Shown here one piece after another: positions 9,161 to 19,319 of a stretch of DNA of 54,341 bases (position 1 is its first letter; each line of letters opens with the position of its first letter). The notes beneath the pieces are model-generated. The model was not told the DNA's origin. It was given only the letters and a program-made list of their open reading frames with translations, and ran no database searches. A program made the translations under genes and the position numbers. Origin of the DNA: Myxococcales bacterium (GTDB lineage: Bacteria > Myxococcota_A > UBA9160 > UBA4427); contig DUCT01000257.1 in the NCBI GenBank assembly GCA_012959665.1, positions 1 through 54,341 on the forward strand, written 5' to 3'.

Positions 9161-10246
9161 TCACGATTCGGGCTGAAACAGAGCCGCGATAGCCTCCGGG
9201 CAGGGGGGCTTGACCAGGCCCTTTTCCGTCACGATGGCCGTCACCAGGGACGCGGGAGTCACGTCAAAGGCCGGCTGACGCACCCCGACCGTGTCGGGCA
9301 GGAGGGTCCGCCCGCCCACTCGGGCCACCTCATCTCGCCCTCGGATCTCGATGGGAATCCCGGCCCCATCGGCGATCTGCAGGTCGATGGTGGAGAGGGG
9401 CGCCGCGACATAGAAGGGGATCGAGTGGGCGTGGGCGAGCACCGCCAAGGCATATGTCCCGATCTTGTTGGCCACATCGCCGTTGGCCGCGATCCGGTCG
9501 GCGCCCACCACCACAAGGTCCACCTCGCCCTGCTGCATCAGGTATCCCGCCATATTATCCGTACAGACCTCCACGGGAATTGAGTCCCGGGAGAGTTCCC
9601 AGGCGGTCAGCCGGGCACCCTGAAAAAGCGGACGGGTTTCATCCGCCAGAACCCGAACATCCCGCCCGGACTCCACCGCGGCGCGCACGACGCCCAGCGC
9701 CGTTCCATAGCCCCCGGTGGCCAGGGCACCGGCATTGCAGTGGGTCAGGACCCGGGAGCCGTCGGGTACGAGATCGAGTCCGGCCTGACCGATTTCTCGG
9801 CAAATCGCTTTGTCGTCCTCGAGGATCGTCTCCGCCTCGGCCAGCAGGCCCTCTCGAAGCGAGTCCGCGGAAGCCCCCGGAGCACCCGCCAGGCGTGTCA
9901 TGGTCTCGCGCATACGGTCCAGCGCCCAGAAGAGATTCACCGCCGTGGGACGCGTCCGCCGAAGCCTCGGAATCACCTGACTTTCAATTTCCCCCACCAG
10001 GGCCGCAACTTCCCGGGCATCGCTTCGCCAAGCACCCAGGGCAACCCCCATGGCGGCTGCACACCCAATGGCCGGAGCGCCTCGAATGGCGAGTTCTTCG
10101 ATGGCCACGGCCACTTCGTCGACTTCGGTCAACGAGAGATAACGCTCTTCATTGGGGAGTTCGCGCTGGTCGAGCATCTCCACCCGGCCCGAGACCCAAC
10201 GAATCGTGAACCACTCTTCCACCCCGTTTCCCTTAGGCGCTGTCAC
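9161..10246 (-). CDS. mtnA: S-methyl-5-thioribose-1-phosphate isomerase
   Basis: eIF-2B-like motifs [27 protein letters not shown] and [19 protein letters not shown]. The start overlaps the gatB stop. Confidence 0.88.
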   Translation of the reverse strand: MTAPKGNGVEEWFTIRWVSGRVEMLDQRELPNEERYLSLTEVDEVAVAIEELAIRGAPAIGCAAAMGVALGAWRSDAREVAALVGEIESQVIPRLRRTRPTAVNLFWALDRMRETMTRLAGAPGASADSLREGLLAEAETILEDDKAICREIGQAGLDLVPDGSRVLTHCNAGALATGGYGTALGVVRAAVESGRDVRVLADETRPLFQGARLTAWELSRDSIPVEVCTDNMAGYLMQQGEVDLVVVGADRIAANGDVANKIGTYALAVLAHAHSIPFYVAAPLSTIDLQIADGAGIPIEIRGRDEVARVGGRTLLPDTVGVRQPAFDVTPASLVTAIVTEKGLVKPPCPEAIAALFQPES

Positions 10247-11741
10247 GAATCATCTCCACCAGTCGCGTGCGGACTTCACCCGGATTGGCCTTGCCTCCGG
10301 CGGCCTTCATGACCTTGCCCATGAGGAAATTGAGCGGCTTATCGTCGCCGGCGCGAACGCTTTCCACCGCCCCGGCGTTGGCCTGGATGACCTGCATCAC
10401 CCATTCGTCGATCACTCCGGCATCGGAAACCGCTTCGAGACCCCGCTCCTCCATGAGCGAAACCGGATCCCCGCCCTGGGCCACAAGTTCAGGAAGCAAA
10501 TCTCGAGCATTTTTCGCCGTGAGCCGGCCCTCCTCCACCAGACCAATGAGCACTGCGAGGGTCTCGGCATCCAGAGCCGAATTCTCGATCCCACGGCCTC
10601 CATCGCTCAGCGCCTGACGCAGATCCCGGCCGATCCAATTGGCCGCGGCCTTGACCGAAGTGCAGGCCGCCGCGCAGCGCTCGAAATAATCGGCCAAGGG
10701 ACGACTGGCCACAAGAATCCGAATCGTTTCAGCCGGAAGATCGTATTGATCACGAAACCGCACGAGCTTCTGCTCGGGCAATTCGGGCAGGTCCGCGCGA
10801 ACCGCTTCGATCAATTCCTCATCGATCAGCAGCGGAATCAAGTCGGGGTCGTCAAAGTATCGGTAGTCGTCGGCGTTCTCCTTCAGGCGGAGGACCCGGG
10901 TCCGCCGGCGGTCGACATCGTACGCCATGGTCGCCTGCTGGATCTCTCCTCCATCGTCGAGAATTTCAGCCTGACGAATAATCTCAGCCCCGATGGCGCC
11001 CTCGACGTTGCTGAACGAATTGAGATTCTTGATCTCCGTCCGTGTCCCGAATTCCTCACTCCCCCAAAGGCGCAGCGAAACATTCGCGTCACAACGAAAT
11101 TGTCCCTTCTCCATGTCCGCATCCGAAACCTCGAGGTAGCGAAGAATGGAGCGTAGGGTTCGGAGATAGGCGCCGGCTTCGACGGCCGAGCGCAGATCGG
11201 GTTCCGACACGATCTCGAGCAGGGGCACACCGGCCCGGTTCAAATCAATATGTGTTCCGTCGGCGCCGGCGACCGCCACATCGTGAATCGACTTACCGGC
11301 GTCCTCTTCCAAGTGCGCTCGGGTCACGCCGATCCGCTTGATCGTCGTCCCCCCGGTCTTTTTTCCATTGCCCCCTCCCCCTTCGGAGACAGCAGGCACT
11401 TCGATTTCCAGCCATCCATCGCTGACCACGGGTTCCTCGTATTGAGAAATTTGATAGCCCTTGGGAAGATCTGGATAGAAATAATTCTTTCGGGAAAAAA
11501 CCGAACGCGTATTGACCCGGCTATGGGTTGCCAAACCCAAGCGAATCGCCAGGCCGATCACCTTTTCGTTGAGCACCGGCAGAACACCCGGCATGCCGAG
11601 ATCGATGGGATGAACGTCGTGATTCGGCGCGTCGCCATAACGCACAGGCGCCGGGCTGAAGAGCTTTGAATTCGTCTTCAGATGGGTGTGCACTTCGAGG
11701 CCGATCACGACCTCGTATCGATCCAGGGGGTTGTCACTCAT
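10233..11741 (-). CDS. gatB: Asp/Glu-tRNA amidotransferase subunit B
   Basis: [32 protein letters not shown] and a C-terminal GatB/YqeY domain ([15 protein letters not shown]). Confidence 0.95.
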   Translation of the reverse strand: MSDNPLDRYEVVIGLEVHTHLKTNSKLFSPAPVRYGDAPNHDVHPIDLGMPGVLPVLNEKVIGLAIRLGLATHSRVNTRSVFSRKNYFYPDLPKGYQISQYEEPVVSDGWLEIEVPAVSEGGGGNGKKTGGTTIKRIGVTRAHLEEDAGKSIHDVAVAGADGTHIDLNRAGVPLLEIVSEPDLRSAVEAGAYLRTLRSILRYLEVSDADMEKGQFRCDANVSLRLWGSEEFGTRTEIKNLNSFSNVEGAIGAEIIRQAEILDDGGEIQQATMAYDVDRRRTRVLRLKENADDYRYFDDPDLIPLLIDEELIEAVRADLPELPEQKLVRFRDQYDLPAETIRILVASRPLADYFERCAAACTSVKAAANWIGRDLRQALSDGGRGIENSALDAETLAVLIGLVEEGRLTAKNARDLLPELVAQGGDPVSLMEERGLEAVSDAGVIDEWVMQVIQANAGAVESVRAGDDKPLNFLMGKVMKAAGGKANPGEVRTRLVEMIRDSA

Positions 11742-11762
11742 GCGTTCCTCTCCGCATTCGCC

Positions 11763-13217
11763 CTATCGTGCACGCGGCGGACTCTGTTCGTGGTGATCGG
11801 TTCGCCTCTGGAAGGCGTCGGCCACACGCAACAGCGTGGCCTCGTCGAGGGACCGCCCAAGCAACTGCATCCCCACCGGCAAACCCTGGAGTTGGCCGCA
11901 GGGAAGAGAGATCCCCGGCAGGCCCGCAAGGTTTGCGGAGACCGTGTAGATATCCCCGAGATAGAGACTGACCGGATCGTCCAGTCGAGCACCGAGGGAA
12001 AACGCCACCTCGGGGTAAGTCGGCCCTGCAATCACATCGCAGGCCTCAAAGGCCCGCTCGAAATCGCTCCGCACCAGGGTACGCACCTGCTGGGCCTTGC
12101 GGTAATAGGCGTCGAAATACCCCGCCGAGAGCACGTATGTGCCCAGCAAAATGCGCCGCTTGACCTCGTCCCCAAAACCCTCGGAGCGCGAGCGTCGGTA
12201 CATGGAGTCAAGATCACCGACACCCTCGGCTCGGCGCCCAAAGCGGGCGCCGTCGTACCGGGCCAGATTGCTCGAAGCCTCGGCGGTCGCCACCAGGTAG
12301 TAGGTCGAAACCACGTAGGGGGTGTGGGGCAACGAGACCTCCACCACCTTCGCCCCGGCACTCTCGAGTTCGGCCACACCTTGGCGAACCGCTTCCACCA
12401 CCCCCGAGTCGGCGCCGTCGTCGACAAAGTATTCCTTGGGCAGGCCGATCCTGAGCCCGGAGACATCCCCGGTCAGAGCAGACACAAGGTCCGGAGACTT
12501 CTCGGGCAGCGAAGTCGAATCCCGTGGATCGTGACCAGAAATCGCCTCCAACACCCAGGCCGCCTCGCGCGCCGTGTGCGTGAAGGGGCCGATCTGGTCA
12601 AGAGAGGACGCAAAGGCCACCAAACCCCAACGCGAGACCCGGCCATAGCTGGGCTTCATCCCGACCACGCCGCAAAAAGACGCCGGTTGACGAATCGACC
12701 CGCCGGTATCGCTGCCCAGGGCAAAACCGGTGACACCCGCCGCCACCGCTGCCGCCGACCCCCCGGAAGAGCCGCCGCAGGTACGCTCGGGGTCCCAGGG
12801 GTTGCGGGCGGGGCCAAAAATCGAGTTCTCCGTCGTGGCCCCCATGGCGAACTCGTCCATATTGGCCCGGCCCAGGATAATCGCGCCCGCCGCTTGGAGG
12901 CGCTCGGCGGCGGCCCCGTCATAGGGCGAAACGAAGGGCTCCAGGATCCTCGAGGCACAGGTGGTGGGCTCGCCCTGCATCACCATGTTGTCCTTGAGCA
13001 GAACCGGGGTGCCATCCAGGGGGGAACGAATTTCGCCCGCCCGGCGCCGGGCATCGGATTCCGCCGCCTCGGCCAGGGCGGCTTCGGCCCTGAGGCCCAC
13101 CACGGCGCCGAGGCTGCGGCCTTCGGCTTCGGCCCGGGCCAGGGCTGCGCTCACCAACTCCAGCGACGAGAGCTCCGAGGCCTCCAAGGCGGCCCGCTGC
13201 GCCTCCAGATTCTCCAC
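11763..13217 (-). CDS. gatA: Asp/Glu-tRNA amidotransferase subunit A
   Basis: Amidase signature GGSSGGSAAAVAAG and KDNM. GTG at 13217 lies 2 nt after the gatC stop and gives about 484 aa. The 588-aa track ORF extends upstream through gatC in another frame. Confidence 0.92.
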   Translation of the reverse strand: MENLEAQRAALEASELSSLELVSAALARAEAEGRSLGAVVGLRAEAALAEAAESDARRRAGEIRSPLDGTPVLLKDNMVMQGEPTTCASRILEPFVSPYDGAAAERLQAAGAIILGRANMDEFAMGATTENSIFGPARNPWDPERTCGGSSGGSAAAVAAGVTGFALGSDTGGSIRQPASFCGVVGMKPSYGRVSRWGLVAFASSLDQIGPFTHTAREAAWVLEAISGHDPRDSTSLPEKSPDLVSALTGDVSGLRIGLPKEYFVDDGADSGVVEAVRQGVAELESAGAKVVEVSLPHTPYVVSTYYLVATAEASSNLARYDGARFGRRAEGVGDLDSMYRRSRSEGFGDEVKRRILLGTYVLSAGYFDAYYRKAQQVRTLVRSDFERAFEACDVIAGPTYPEVAFSLGARLDDPVSLYLGDIYTVSANLAGLPGISLPCGQLQGLPVGMQLLGRSLDEATLLRVADAFQRRTDHHEQSPPRAR

Positions 13218-13219
13218 CT

Positions 13220-13522
13220 TCAGCTGTCCTCGCCCTCGATGACTTTCGGAACCACAAAGGCATAGCCCTCCTGCAAGGGTGCATTGGAGAGGGCCAGATC
13301 GGCCGCGATTCCCGGGCTGGCCTCGTCGGCGCGCAGGGGAGTCGCCAGGGGGATGGCATGGGCGGTGGGCTCGATCCCCTCGGTATCCAGGGCCTGGAGC
13401 TGGTCCACGTGGTCGAGAATACGCCCCAGATCGTGGGTCATGGCCTCGATCTCGTCGTCGGACAGCGAGAGCCGAGCCAATTCGGCGGTGCGCTCGACAT
13501 CTTTCCGGGTAATTCTCGACAT
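13220..13522 (-). CDS. gatC: Asp/Glu-tRNA amidotransferase subunit C
   Basis: MSRITRKDVERTAELARLSLSDDEIEAM...LDHVDQL is typical of GatC. It lies directly upstream of gatA. Confidence 0.9.
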   Translation of the reverse strand: MSRITRKDVERTAELARLSLSDDEIEAMTHDLGRILDHVDQLQALDTEGIEPTAHAIPLATPLRADEASPGIAADLALSNAPLQEGYAFVVPKVIEGEDS

Positions 13523-13644
13523 GGCGCACAAAGCTAGCACGGCGGCCCGTGTCCCCGACCCGTTCTAAGGGGGGAAAACGAAATCGCCACTCGGCGGGCG
13601 CTCATTGCCAAGCCCCCACCCGGGGCCTAGGCTACCGCCCCTAT

Positions 13645-15177
13645 ATGACTGAACTTTCTGAACTTTCTGAACTTTTCTCCGAAGTCGCCGAAGACATCCA
13701 GACCTCCATCCGTGAACTCGGCTGGCATACGCCCACCGCGGTCCAAGCCAAAGCGATTCCGCTCATGCGCGGTGGCGGAGACCTCATCGTCCAGGCCCAG
13801 ACGGGCAGCGGGAAAACCGGTGCTTTCGGAATTCCCCTCGTCGAGGGGATCGACACTTCCATGGCTCGGATCCAGGCCCTGGTGATGCTGCCTACCCGGG
13901 AGCTGGCCAACCAAGTCGCCGTGGAGTTGACCACCCTGGGCCGGCATCGTGGCGTCCTCGTCCTTCCCGTTTATGGGGGCACGGGCTACGCGGAACAAGT
14001 CGATGCCCTGGAATCCGGGGTTCACATCATCGTCGGCACTCCAGGCCGCATCCTCGACCACCTGGGGAACGGACGCATGGACCTCCGGGACGTCGGCTCC
14101 TTGGTGCTGGACGAAGCCGATGAAATGCTTTCCCTCGGATTCTGGCCCGATATGCGCGAAATCGGATCCTACCTTCCGGAAAAACGTCAATCGCATCTCT
14201 TTTCCGCCACGATCCCCGAAAAGGTCCGATCGCTTTCGCGCTTCTTCCTCACCGATGCTGAATTCGTGGCGGTGGACGACGGCCTCAGCGCACCGCAACA
14301 GATCGAGCACTACTACTACGTTTGCAGCGCGAACGAAAAAGAGGCCCTGCTCGCCCGAATCCTCGAGTTCGAAGATCCCGAGAGCGCGATCATTTTCTGC
14401 AACACCAAAGCCGACGTACGCTTCATTACCGGCTACCTGAGCAAGCGAGGCTTCAATGCCGATCAGATTTCAGGCGATCTCGCCCAAGCTGCCCGGGAGC
14501 GAGCACTCAAGCGAATCAAATCCGGAGAGCTGAAGTTCCTGGTCGCCACCGACGTCGCGGCTCGGGGCATCGATATCAGCGATCTGTCCCACGTCATCAG
14601 CTACGCGACCGCCGATGCACCCGAAATTTATGTCCACCGGACTGGGCGGACCGGACGCGCGGGCAAGGCGGGGATCGCCATCTCCCTGGTCTCGGGCCTG
14701 GATATCGGCAATTTCAAGCACATGCAAAATGTCAACAACATCGAGGTCACCGAACGCACTGCGCCCACCGAGAAGGACATGCTCAATCGTATTCGGGAGC
14801 GGATCCAAGTCAAAGTGGAACATGAAATGCGTGGCCTGACCCCTGCCCAGACCGATCTCGAGGTCAATCGTCTGATTCCCGTCGTGGAAGAAATGGCGAC
14901 GACCTTTGAGGGCCGCAAAGATTTGGCCGGAATTTGCGCCGCATATCTAGCCGAGCATCGCCCCGAGACCACCATCCCGGAAGACTCCAGCTCCGAGGCC
15001 CCGGCCTCGGAGGAACGGCGTAGCCCGGGTGGAGGACGAAGGGGGGGGCGCAGCGGAGGACGAAGCGGCGGCGGACGAGGCGGAAATCGTGGTGGCGGCG
15101 GTAGTGGTGGCGGCGGTGGTGGCGGCGGTGGTGGCGGTGGCCGACGCGGCGGCGGCGGCGGCCGGGGGCGCCGATAG
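13645..15177 (+). CDS. DEAD-box ATP-dependent RNA helicase with a Gly/Arg-rich (RGG) C-terminal tail
   Basis: Q-motif region, AQTGSGKT, VLDEADEML, SAT and HRTGRTGRAG. ATG at 13645 (MTELSELSELF). The tail from about 15010 is GGRRGGRSGGRSGGGRGGNRGGGG... Confidence 0.92.
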   Translation: MTELSELSELFSEVAEDIQTSIRELGWHTPTAVQAKAIPLMRGGGDLIVQAQTGSGKTGAFGIPLVEGIDTSMARIQALVMLPTRELANQVAVELTTLGRHRGVLVLPVYGGTGYAEQVDALESGVHIIVGTPGRILDHLGNGRMDLRDVGSLVLDEADEMLSLGFWPDMREIGSYLPEKRQSHLFSATIPEKVRSLSRFFLTDAEFVAVDDGLSAPQQIEHYYYVCSANEKEALLARILEFEDPESAIIFCNTKADVRFITGYLSKRGFNADQISGDLAQAARERALKRIKSGELKFLVATDVAARGIDISDLSHVISYATADAPEIYVHRTGRTGRAGKAGIAISLVSGLDIGNFKHMQNVNNIEVTERTAPTEKDMLNRIRERIQVKVEHEMRGLTPAQTDLEVNRLIPVVEEMATTFEGRKDLAGICAAYLAEHRPETTIPEDSSSEAPASEERRSPGGGRRGGRSGGRSGGGRGGNRGGGGSGGGGGGGGGGGGRRGGGGGRGRR

Positions 15178-15331
15178 CGATCGCCCCTGAATCGTTTCAG
15201 CTTACCCCCCGCAATGACCCAGACCCGGTAGGGGGTGCCCGATCGGCCAGAAGCCCGTAACCCTCGCGTCCCAGTTCCCCTCGCTGAGCGGCCGCTTCCG
15301 GTTTTTTCGCAAGCCCGGCGCTTGGCTCTAT

Positions 15332-16561
15332 GTGGCCGTGGCGGTGGGAGCCGGGATGCGATTTTTCCTGGCCTTCGCGAGCGAAGGCACCCTGGACGTC
15401 GCGATCTGGAAAGCCCACGCCCAAACCCTCGCCCAGGGCAACCTGATCGACTACTACCTCGGCGGCCGTTTTACGTTCAACCACCCGCCTCCCATGGGTC
15501 TGGCAGCCGGGGGGCTCTACCATCTCTCCCTCGCGAGCGGGCTCAGCTTTGCCTTTCTGTTTCGCCTGCCCTTCGCAGTACTCGACGGCTTAACGGCCCT
15601 TTTGCTTTTCAGTGCCCTGTCCCAGGCCAAGAGTTCCGGGCTGCGCAATGCGCGCTACGCCCTGGCGAGCCTTTACTGGGTCTCTCCCGTAGCCGCTATT
15701 TTTTCGGCCTACCACGGCAACACCGACTCCTCGGTCGCCTTCTTCCTACTCGCCGCCACGCTCTGCCTGGCCCGGGGCAATCCGGGATGGGCCGGCGCCG
15801 CACTCGGGCTTTCTCTCTGGATCAAGATCCCGGGAATCCTCGCTCTACCGGTTCTGCTCCTGGCCGTACCCGGTTGGCGTGCACGCGGACGCTTTTGCGC
15901 CGCTGCGGCGGCCACGGCCCTGGGCGGCTACTTGCCGTGGCTGATGCAGGACCCCATGGCGGTCATCCGCGCCGTCTTTCTCTACCGGGGGCTCATGATT
16001 CAAACCGCCGTAGGCGTGCCCATCTGGGGTCTTCAGGTTTTCTACCCCGACCCCGCAGACCTTTCCCCGACGGCCTTCGAAGTGTTCCGCCGCTTCCGGG
16101 GCGGCTACTACCAGTGGAACACCGTCATCGCCCTGGGGCCGATGATCCTCTACGCCCTGCTCCGGGACCGTCCCCGCAACGTTGAAACAATCCTGGCGGG
16201 AATTGCCGGGAGCTATTTCATCTTTTACGGGCTGACAAATTTCTGGGCCTTTCAATATCTCGCCTGGTCGCTCCCCCTATGGGCGTTCCTGGGCTTCCGA
16301 AGCGCCGGCATCGCTCGGACCTTGGCCTTCCTCTACATCTATGGCTTGTATGCCTGGCTCTGCGGAAGTCCTCTCCTATTGGGGACATGGGATTTCATCG
16401 GCAAAGGCGATTGGCCCCTCGCTCTTCGTTTGATCCGTGATGCCTGTGTGCTCTTCTTTTTCGGCGCGGCTGTTGTTCTTCTGGTGGGGGCGGCACGCGA
16501 GGCCGATGCGCGCTGGCGCGGCAGAACCCGTCGGTTAAGCTCGCCCCGACGAGGCCGCTGA
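15332..16561 (+). CDS. Polytopic GT-C fold membrane glycosyltransferase, GT87/DUF2029-like
   Basis: At least 9 hydrophobic segments. The N-terminal loop D..IW.....L..G.....Y......FNHPP resembles the GT87 mannosyltransferase family. GTG start; an upstream CTG at 15284 is possible. Confidence 0.6.
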   Translation: MAVAVGAGMRFFLAFASEGTLDVAIWKAHAQTLAQGNLIDYYLGGRFTFNHPPPMGLAAGGLYHLSLASGLSFAFLFRLPFAVLDGLTALLLFSALSQAKSSGLRNARYALASLYWVSPVAAIFSAYHGNTDSSVAFFLLAATLCLARGNPGWAGAALGLSLWIKIPGILALPVLLLAVPGWRARGRFCAAAAATALGGYLPWLMQDPMAVIRAVFLYRGLMIQTAVGVPIWGLQVFYPDPADLSPTAFEVFRRFRGGYYQWNTVIALGPMILYALLRDRPRNVETILAGIAGSYFIFYGLTNFWAFQYLAWSLPLWAFLGFRSAGIARTLAFLYIYGLYAWLCGSPLLLGTWDFIGKGDWPLALRLIRDACVLFFFGAAVVLLVGAAREADARWRGRTRRLSSPRRGR

Positions 16562-16593
16562 GCTCTCCAACGGGGGATGATTCTTCAAGCGTC

Positions 16594-18024
16594 ATGCTTT
16601 TCAGCTCGACTTTCTTCCTCTTCGTATTCCTGCCCATATTCCTGGGGCTCTACTTCGCCCTGCCGAATATTCGCCTCCGCAACGCGCTGCTCCTGGCGGG
16701 GAGTCTCTTCTTCTATGCCTGGGGAGAGACCGTCTACGTCCTGCTGCTGATTTTTTCCATCGGCTTCAACTACTTGCTTGGCCTCTGGATCGAACGCAGA
16801 CGCGAGCCGCCCACCGGGCGCCGGGTCCTTGCCCTCGCCGTTGGCCTGAATCTCGGACTACTGGCGGTCTTCAAGTACGCCAATTTCCTGACCGACAACC
16901 TTGATGTCGTGCTCGAGTTCCTCGGGCTGTCCCCGATAATTTTGGCGCCGATCCACCTTCCCCTCGGCATCTCCTTCTTCTCCTTTCAGGCCATCACCTA
17001 CGCGGTGGATATCCACCGAGGGGAAGCTTTGGCCCAGAAAAACCCACTTCGGGTCGCGCTCTACATCGCGCTTTTTCCCCAACTCATCGCGGGCCCCATC
17101 GTTCGTTACAAGCAGATTGTCGCTCAACTCGAGAACCGGGCCATTCGCCTGGAGGACATTGCCCAGGGTGTCCGGCGCTTCGTCGTCGGCCTGGCCAAGA
17201 AAGTGCTCATCGCCAACTCCCTGGCCGTCCCCGCCGACCGTATCTTCGCAATCCCCGGCGCGGAACTCGAACCGGCAGTGGCCTGGCTGGGCATCGTCTG
17301 CTTCAGCTTCCAGATCTACTTCGACTTCGCGGGCTATTCCGACATGGCCATCGGGCTCGGCCGCTGCTTCGGATTTCGCTTCCCAGAGAACTTCGACTGG
17401 CCGCTGCTCTCGCGCTCCATGCGGGAATTCTGGAGGCGTTGGCACATGACGCTCTCGGGTTTCTTTCGCGACTACCTCTATATCCCTCTGGGCGGCAATC
17501 GGCTCGGCCCGATGCGGACGGGCTTCAATCTCGTCACGGTCTTTTTCCTGTGCGGACTGTGGCACGGCGCCAGCTGGAACTTCGTCCTTTGGGGATTGGT
17601 TCACGGCGCCTTTCTGGTCGCCGAACGTCTCCCCCTGATCGCGCGTATCCAGACGGCCCCGCGCGCACTCCAAAGCCTCTACACCCTCGGAGTCATGAGC
17701 TTGGCGTGGGTTTTCTTTCGAACCGAAGATCTCGATCATGCGATCGCATTCTTTGCGGCTCTCCGAGGCGCATCGGAAGTATCGAGCAATGCCTACCCCC
17801 TGGCGCTCTACCTAAACAGCCAGGTCCTCTTCGTGCTGGGCCTGGCGAGTCTTTCCGCGGTTCCGCACTTTCAACGGGCCTGGGAATCCTTCGCCCACCC
17901 GAACGCGCACCTGGGCCTGACCTTTGAAGCTCTCCGCTTTGTTGGACTCTTTGCCACCCTGGGACTCTGCGCCATGTCCCTCGCCATGGGCACACACAAC
18001 CCTTTCATCTATTTCCGGTTCTGA
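16594..18024 (+). CDS. MBOAT-family membrane O-acyltransferase (AlgI/DltB-like)
   Basis: FWRRWHMTLSGFFRDYLYIPLGGNR and CGLWHGASWNFVLWG (catalytic His context) are present, with multiple TM segments. Confidence 0.9.
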   Translation: MLFSSTFFLFVFLPIFLGLYFALPNIRLRNALLLAGSLFFYAWGETVYVLLLIFSIGFNYLLGLWIERRREPPTGRRVLALAVGLNLGLLAVFKYANFLTDNLDVVLEFLGLSPIILAPIHLPLGISFFSFQAITYAVDIHRGEALAQKNPLRVALYIALFPQLIAGPIVRYKQIVAQLENRAIRLEDIAQGVRRFVVGLAKKVLIANSLAVPADRIFAIPGAELEPAVAWLGIVCFSFQIYFDFAGYSDMAIGLGRCFGFRFPENFDWPLLSRSMREFWRRWHMTLSGFFRDYLYIPLGGNRLGPMRTGFNLVTVFFLCGLWHGASWNFVLWGLVHGAFLVAERLPLIARIQTAPRALQSLYTLGVMSLAWVFFRTEDLDHAIAFFAALRGASEVSSNAYPLALYLNSQVLFVLGLASLSAVPHFQRAWESFAHPNAHLGLTFEALRFVGLFATLGLCAMSLAMGTHNPFIYFRF

Positions 18025-18091
18025 GGACAAAACGTTGCCTACGGATTCCCAGAAGGCTTCGGCCACCGCGCCGAACCAAAGGCGAAGGGTT

Positions 18092-19222
18092 ATGGATTTC
18101 GTCACCGTGGCCACCTTCTTGGGCCTGCTGGGATTACCCTTGGTGGCCCTGTGGCTCGGCAATGGAGCGGAAATCTCGGGATCCGAGAAGCGACTGCTGG
18201 CCAGGCCGCCCCAGCTCGAAGCGCAGTGGGCGAGTTGGGCGAGCTTTCCCCGGCGCAGCGAGGCCTATTTTGGCGATCACCTGGGCTTCCGGGAGACGAT
18301 GATTCGAAACTTCGCACGCATCCACATCGCAATTTTTGGACTCTCACCCAGCGACAAACTGATCGTGGGGCGGGAGGGGTGGTTCTTCTACGGCGATCCC
18401 GACGCCGTTGCGAACTATCGCGGAACCGACCCACTGGGACCGGGCGAATTGGCCCGCTGGCAACGCACCCTCGAAGAGCGGCGAGATTGGCTGGCCGACC
18501 AGGGCATCGCCTACCTGGTAATCCTGGTGCCCGACAAACACGAAGTCTATGGGGAATACATGCCCCCCAGCCTGCCACGGGCCACGGAGTTAAATCCCCT
18601 GGATCAACTCGCAGACTACCTCGGCAAAAAATCGAGGGTCGAAGTTCTGAATCTGCGCCTGCCCCTCCAGGCCGCAAAGGCCGAGCGGCGCATCTACCAC
18701 CGAACCGATACCCACTGGAACGAAGCCGGCGCCCACGCGGCCTATCGTGCGATTCTCCAGCGCCTGGGAGCCCTGCTTCCCACCAAGCTGAACCCAAAAC
18801 CCGCCCCGGTCGAACGCGGCCGCCACGAAAGCCCGGGACTTGGACTGGCCGGCCTCGTGGGGCTGGAAAACGTTCTGGGTGAAGAAATTCTTTCGGCTCG
18901 GCTCAGCCGGCCCCGGGCGCGTATCGCCCGGGAGCACCGGGCGCGATACGACCAGCGGACTCGAGACCTCGAACCCGTCGCTCACGGCATTCCCGACCCG
19001 CAGTTGCCCCGGGCCGTGATCTTCCGCGACTCGTTCGGAAATGCCCTGATCCCCTTTTTGTCCGAGCACTTCCAGCGGGTTCTCTATGTGTGGGATCGCG
19101 ACGTCGACCCCCAGGTGGTGAAGACCGAGAAACCCGACATCGTCATTCAGCAGATTGTCGGGCGATTTCTCCGAAGGCGTCCACGGGGCATCGCGGAACT
19201 GGAAGCTGCCGAACAGAACTAG
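18092..19222 (+). CDS. AlgX/AlgJ-like (SGNH-like) periplasmic O-acetyltransferase partner of the MBOAT
   Basis: N-terminal TM anchor (MDFVTVATFLGLLGLPLVALWLG), VPDKHEVY and YHRTDTHWNEAGA motifs. ATG at 18092 follows the MBOAT stop. Confidence 0.75.
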   Translation: MDFVTVATFLGLLGLPLVALWLGNGAEISGSEKRLLARPPQLEAQWASWASFPRRSEAYFGDHLGFRETMIRNFARIHIAIFGLSPSDKLIVGREGWFFYGDPDAVANYRGTDPLGPGELARWQRTLEERRDWLADQGIAYLVILVPDKHEVYGEYMPPSLPRATELNPLDQLADYLGKKSRVEVLNLRLPLQAAKAERRIYHRTDTHWNEAGAHAAYRAILQRLGALLPTKLNPKPAPVERGRHESPGLGLAGLVGLENVLGEEILSARLSRPRARIAREHRARYDQRTRDLEPVAHGIPDPQLPRAVIFRDSFGNALIPFLSEHFQRVLYVWDRDVDPQVVKTEKPDIVIQQIVGRFLRRRPRGIAELEAAEQN

Positions 19223-19243
19223 TCCAAAGCACTAGTCCAAGGC
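19218..19243. repeat. 13-bp tandem duplication (ACTAGTCCAAAGC / ACTAGTCCAAGGC) that includes the stop codon of the preceding gene
   Basis: Read directly. The TAG stop at 19220-19222 lies inside unit 1. Confidence 0.9.
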
Positions 19244-19319
19244 GAGACCCGCGAACAACGGGCCAAAGATCCGATTTCCAGCGGCTGAGCCCAAGAGGGC
19301 CTGTGCCCTGGCGCGGGAG

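Noticed and set aside
11682-13265. 527-aa plus-strand ORF antisense to gatA. Similar long antisense ORFs occur at 794-1672, 2585-3451, 8183-9124, 10152-11156, 16858-17739, 27258-27866 and 33458-34360.
   Set aside because: Each lies opposite a gene with clear family motifs. The translations are Arg/Gly/Pro/His-rich low-complexity sequence with no recognisable domains. Long stop-free antisense frames are expected at this GC content.
13218-13529. Upstream extension of the gatA ORF to 588 aa.
   Set aside because: The extension overlaps gatC in another frame and is Arg/Pro/Gly-rich junk. GTG at 13217 gives a standard-length GatA immediately after the gatC stop.
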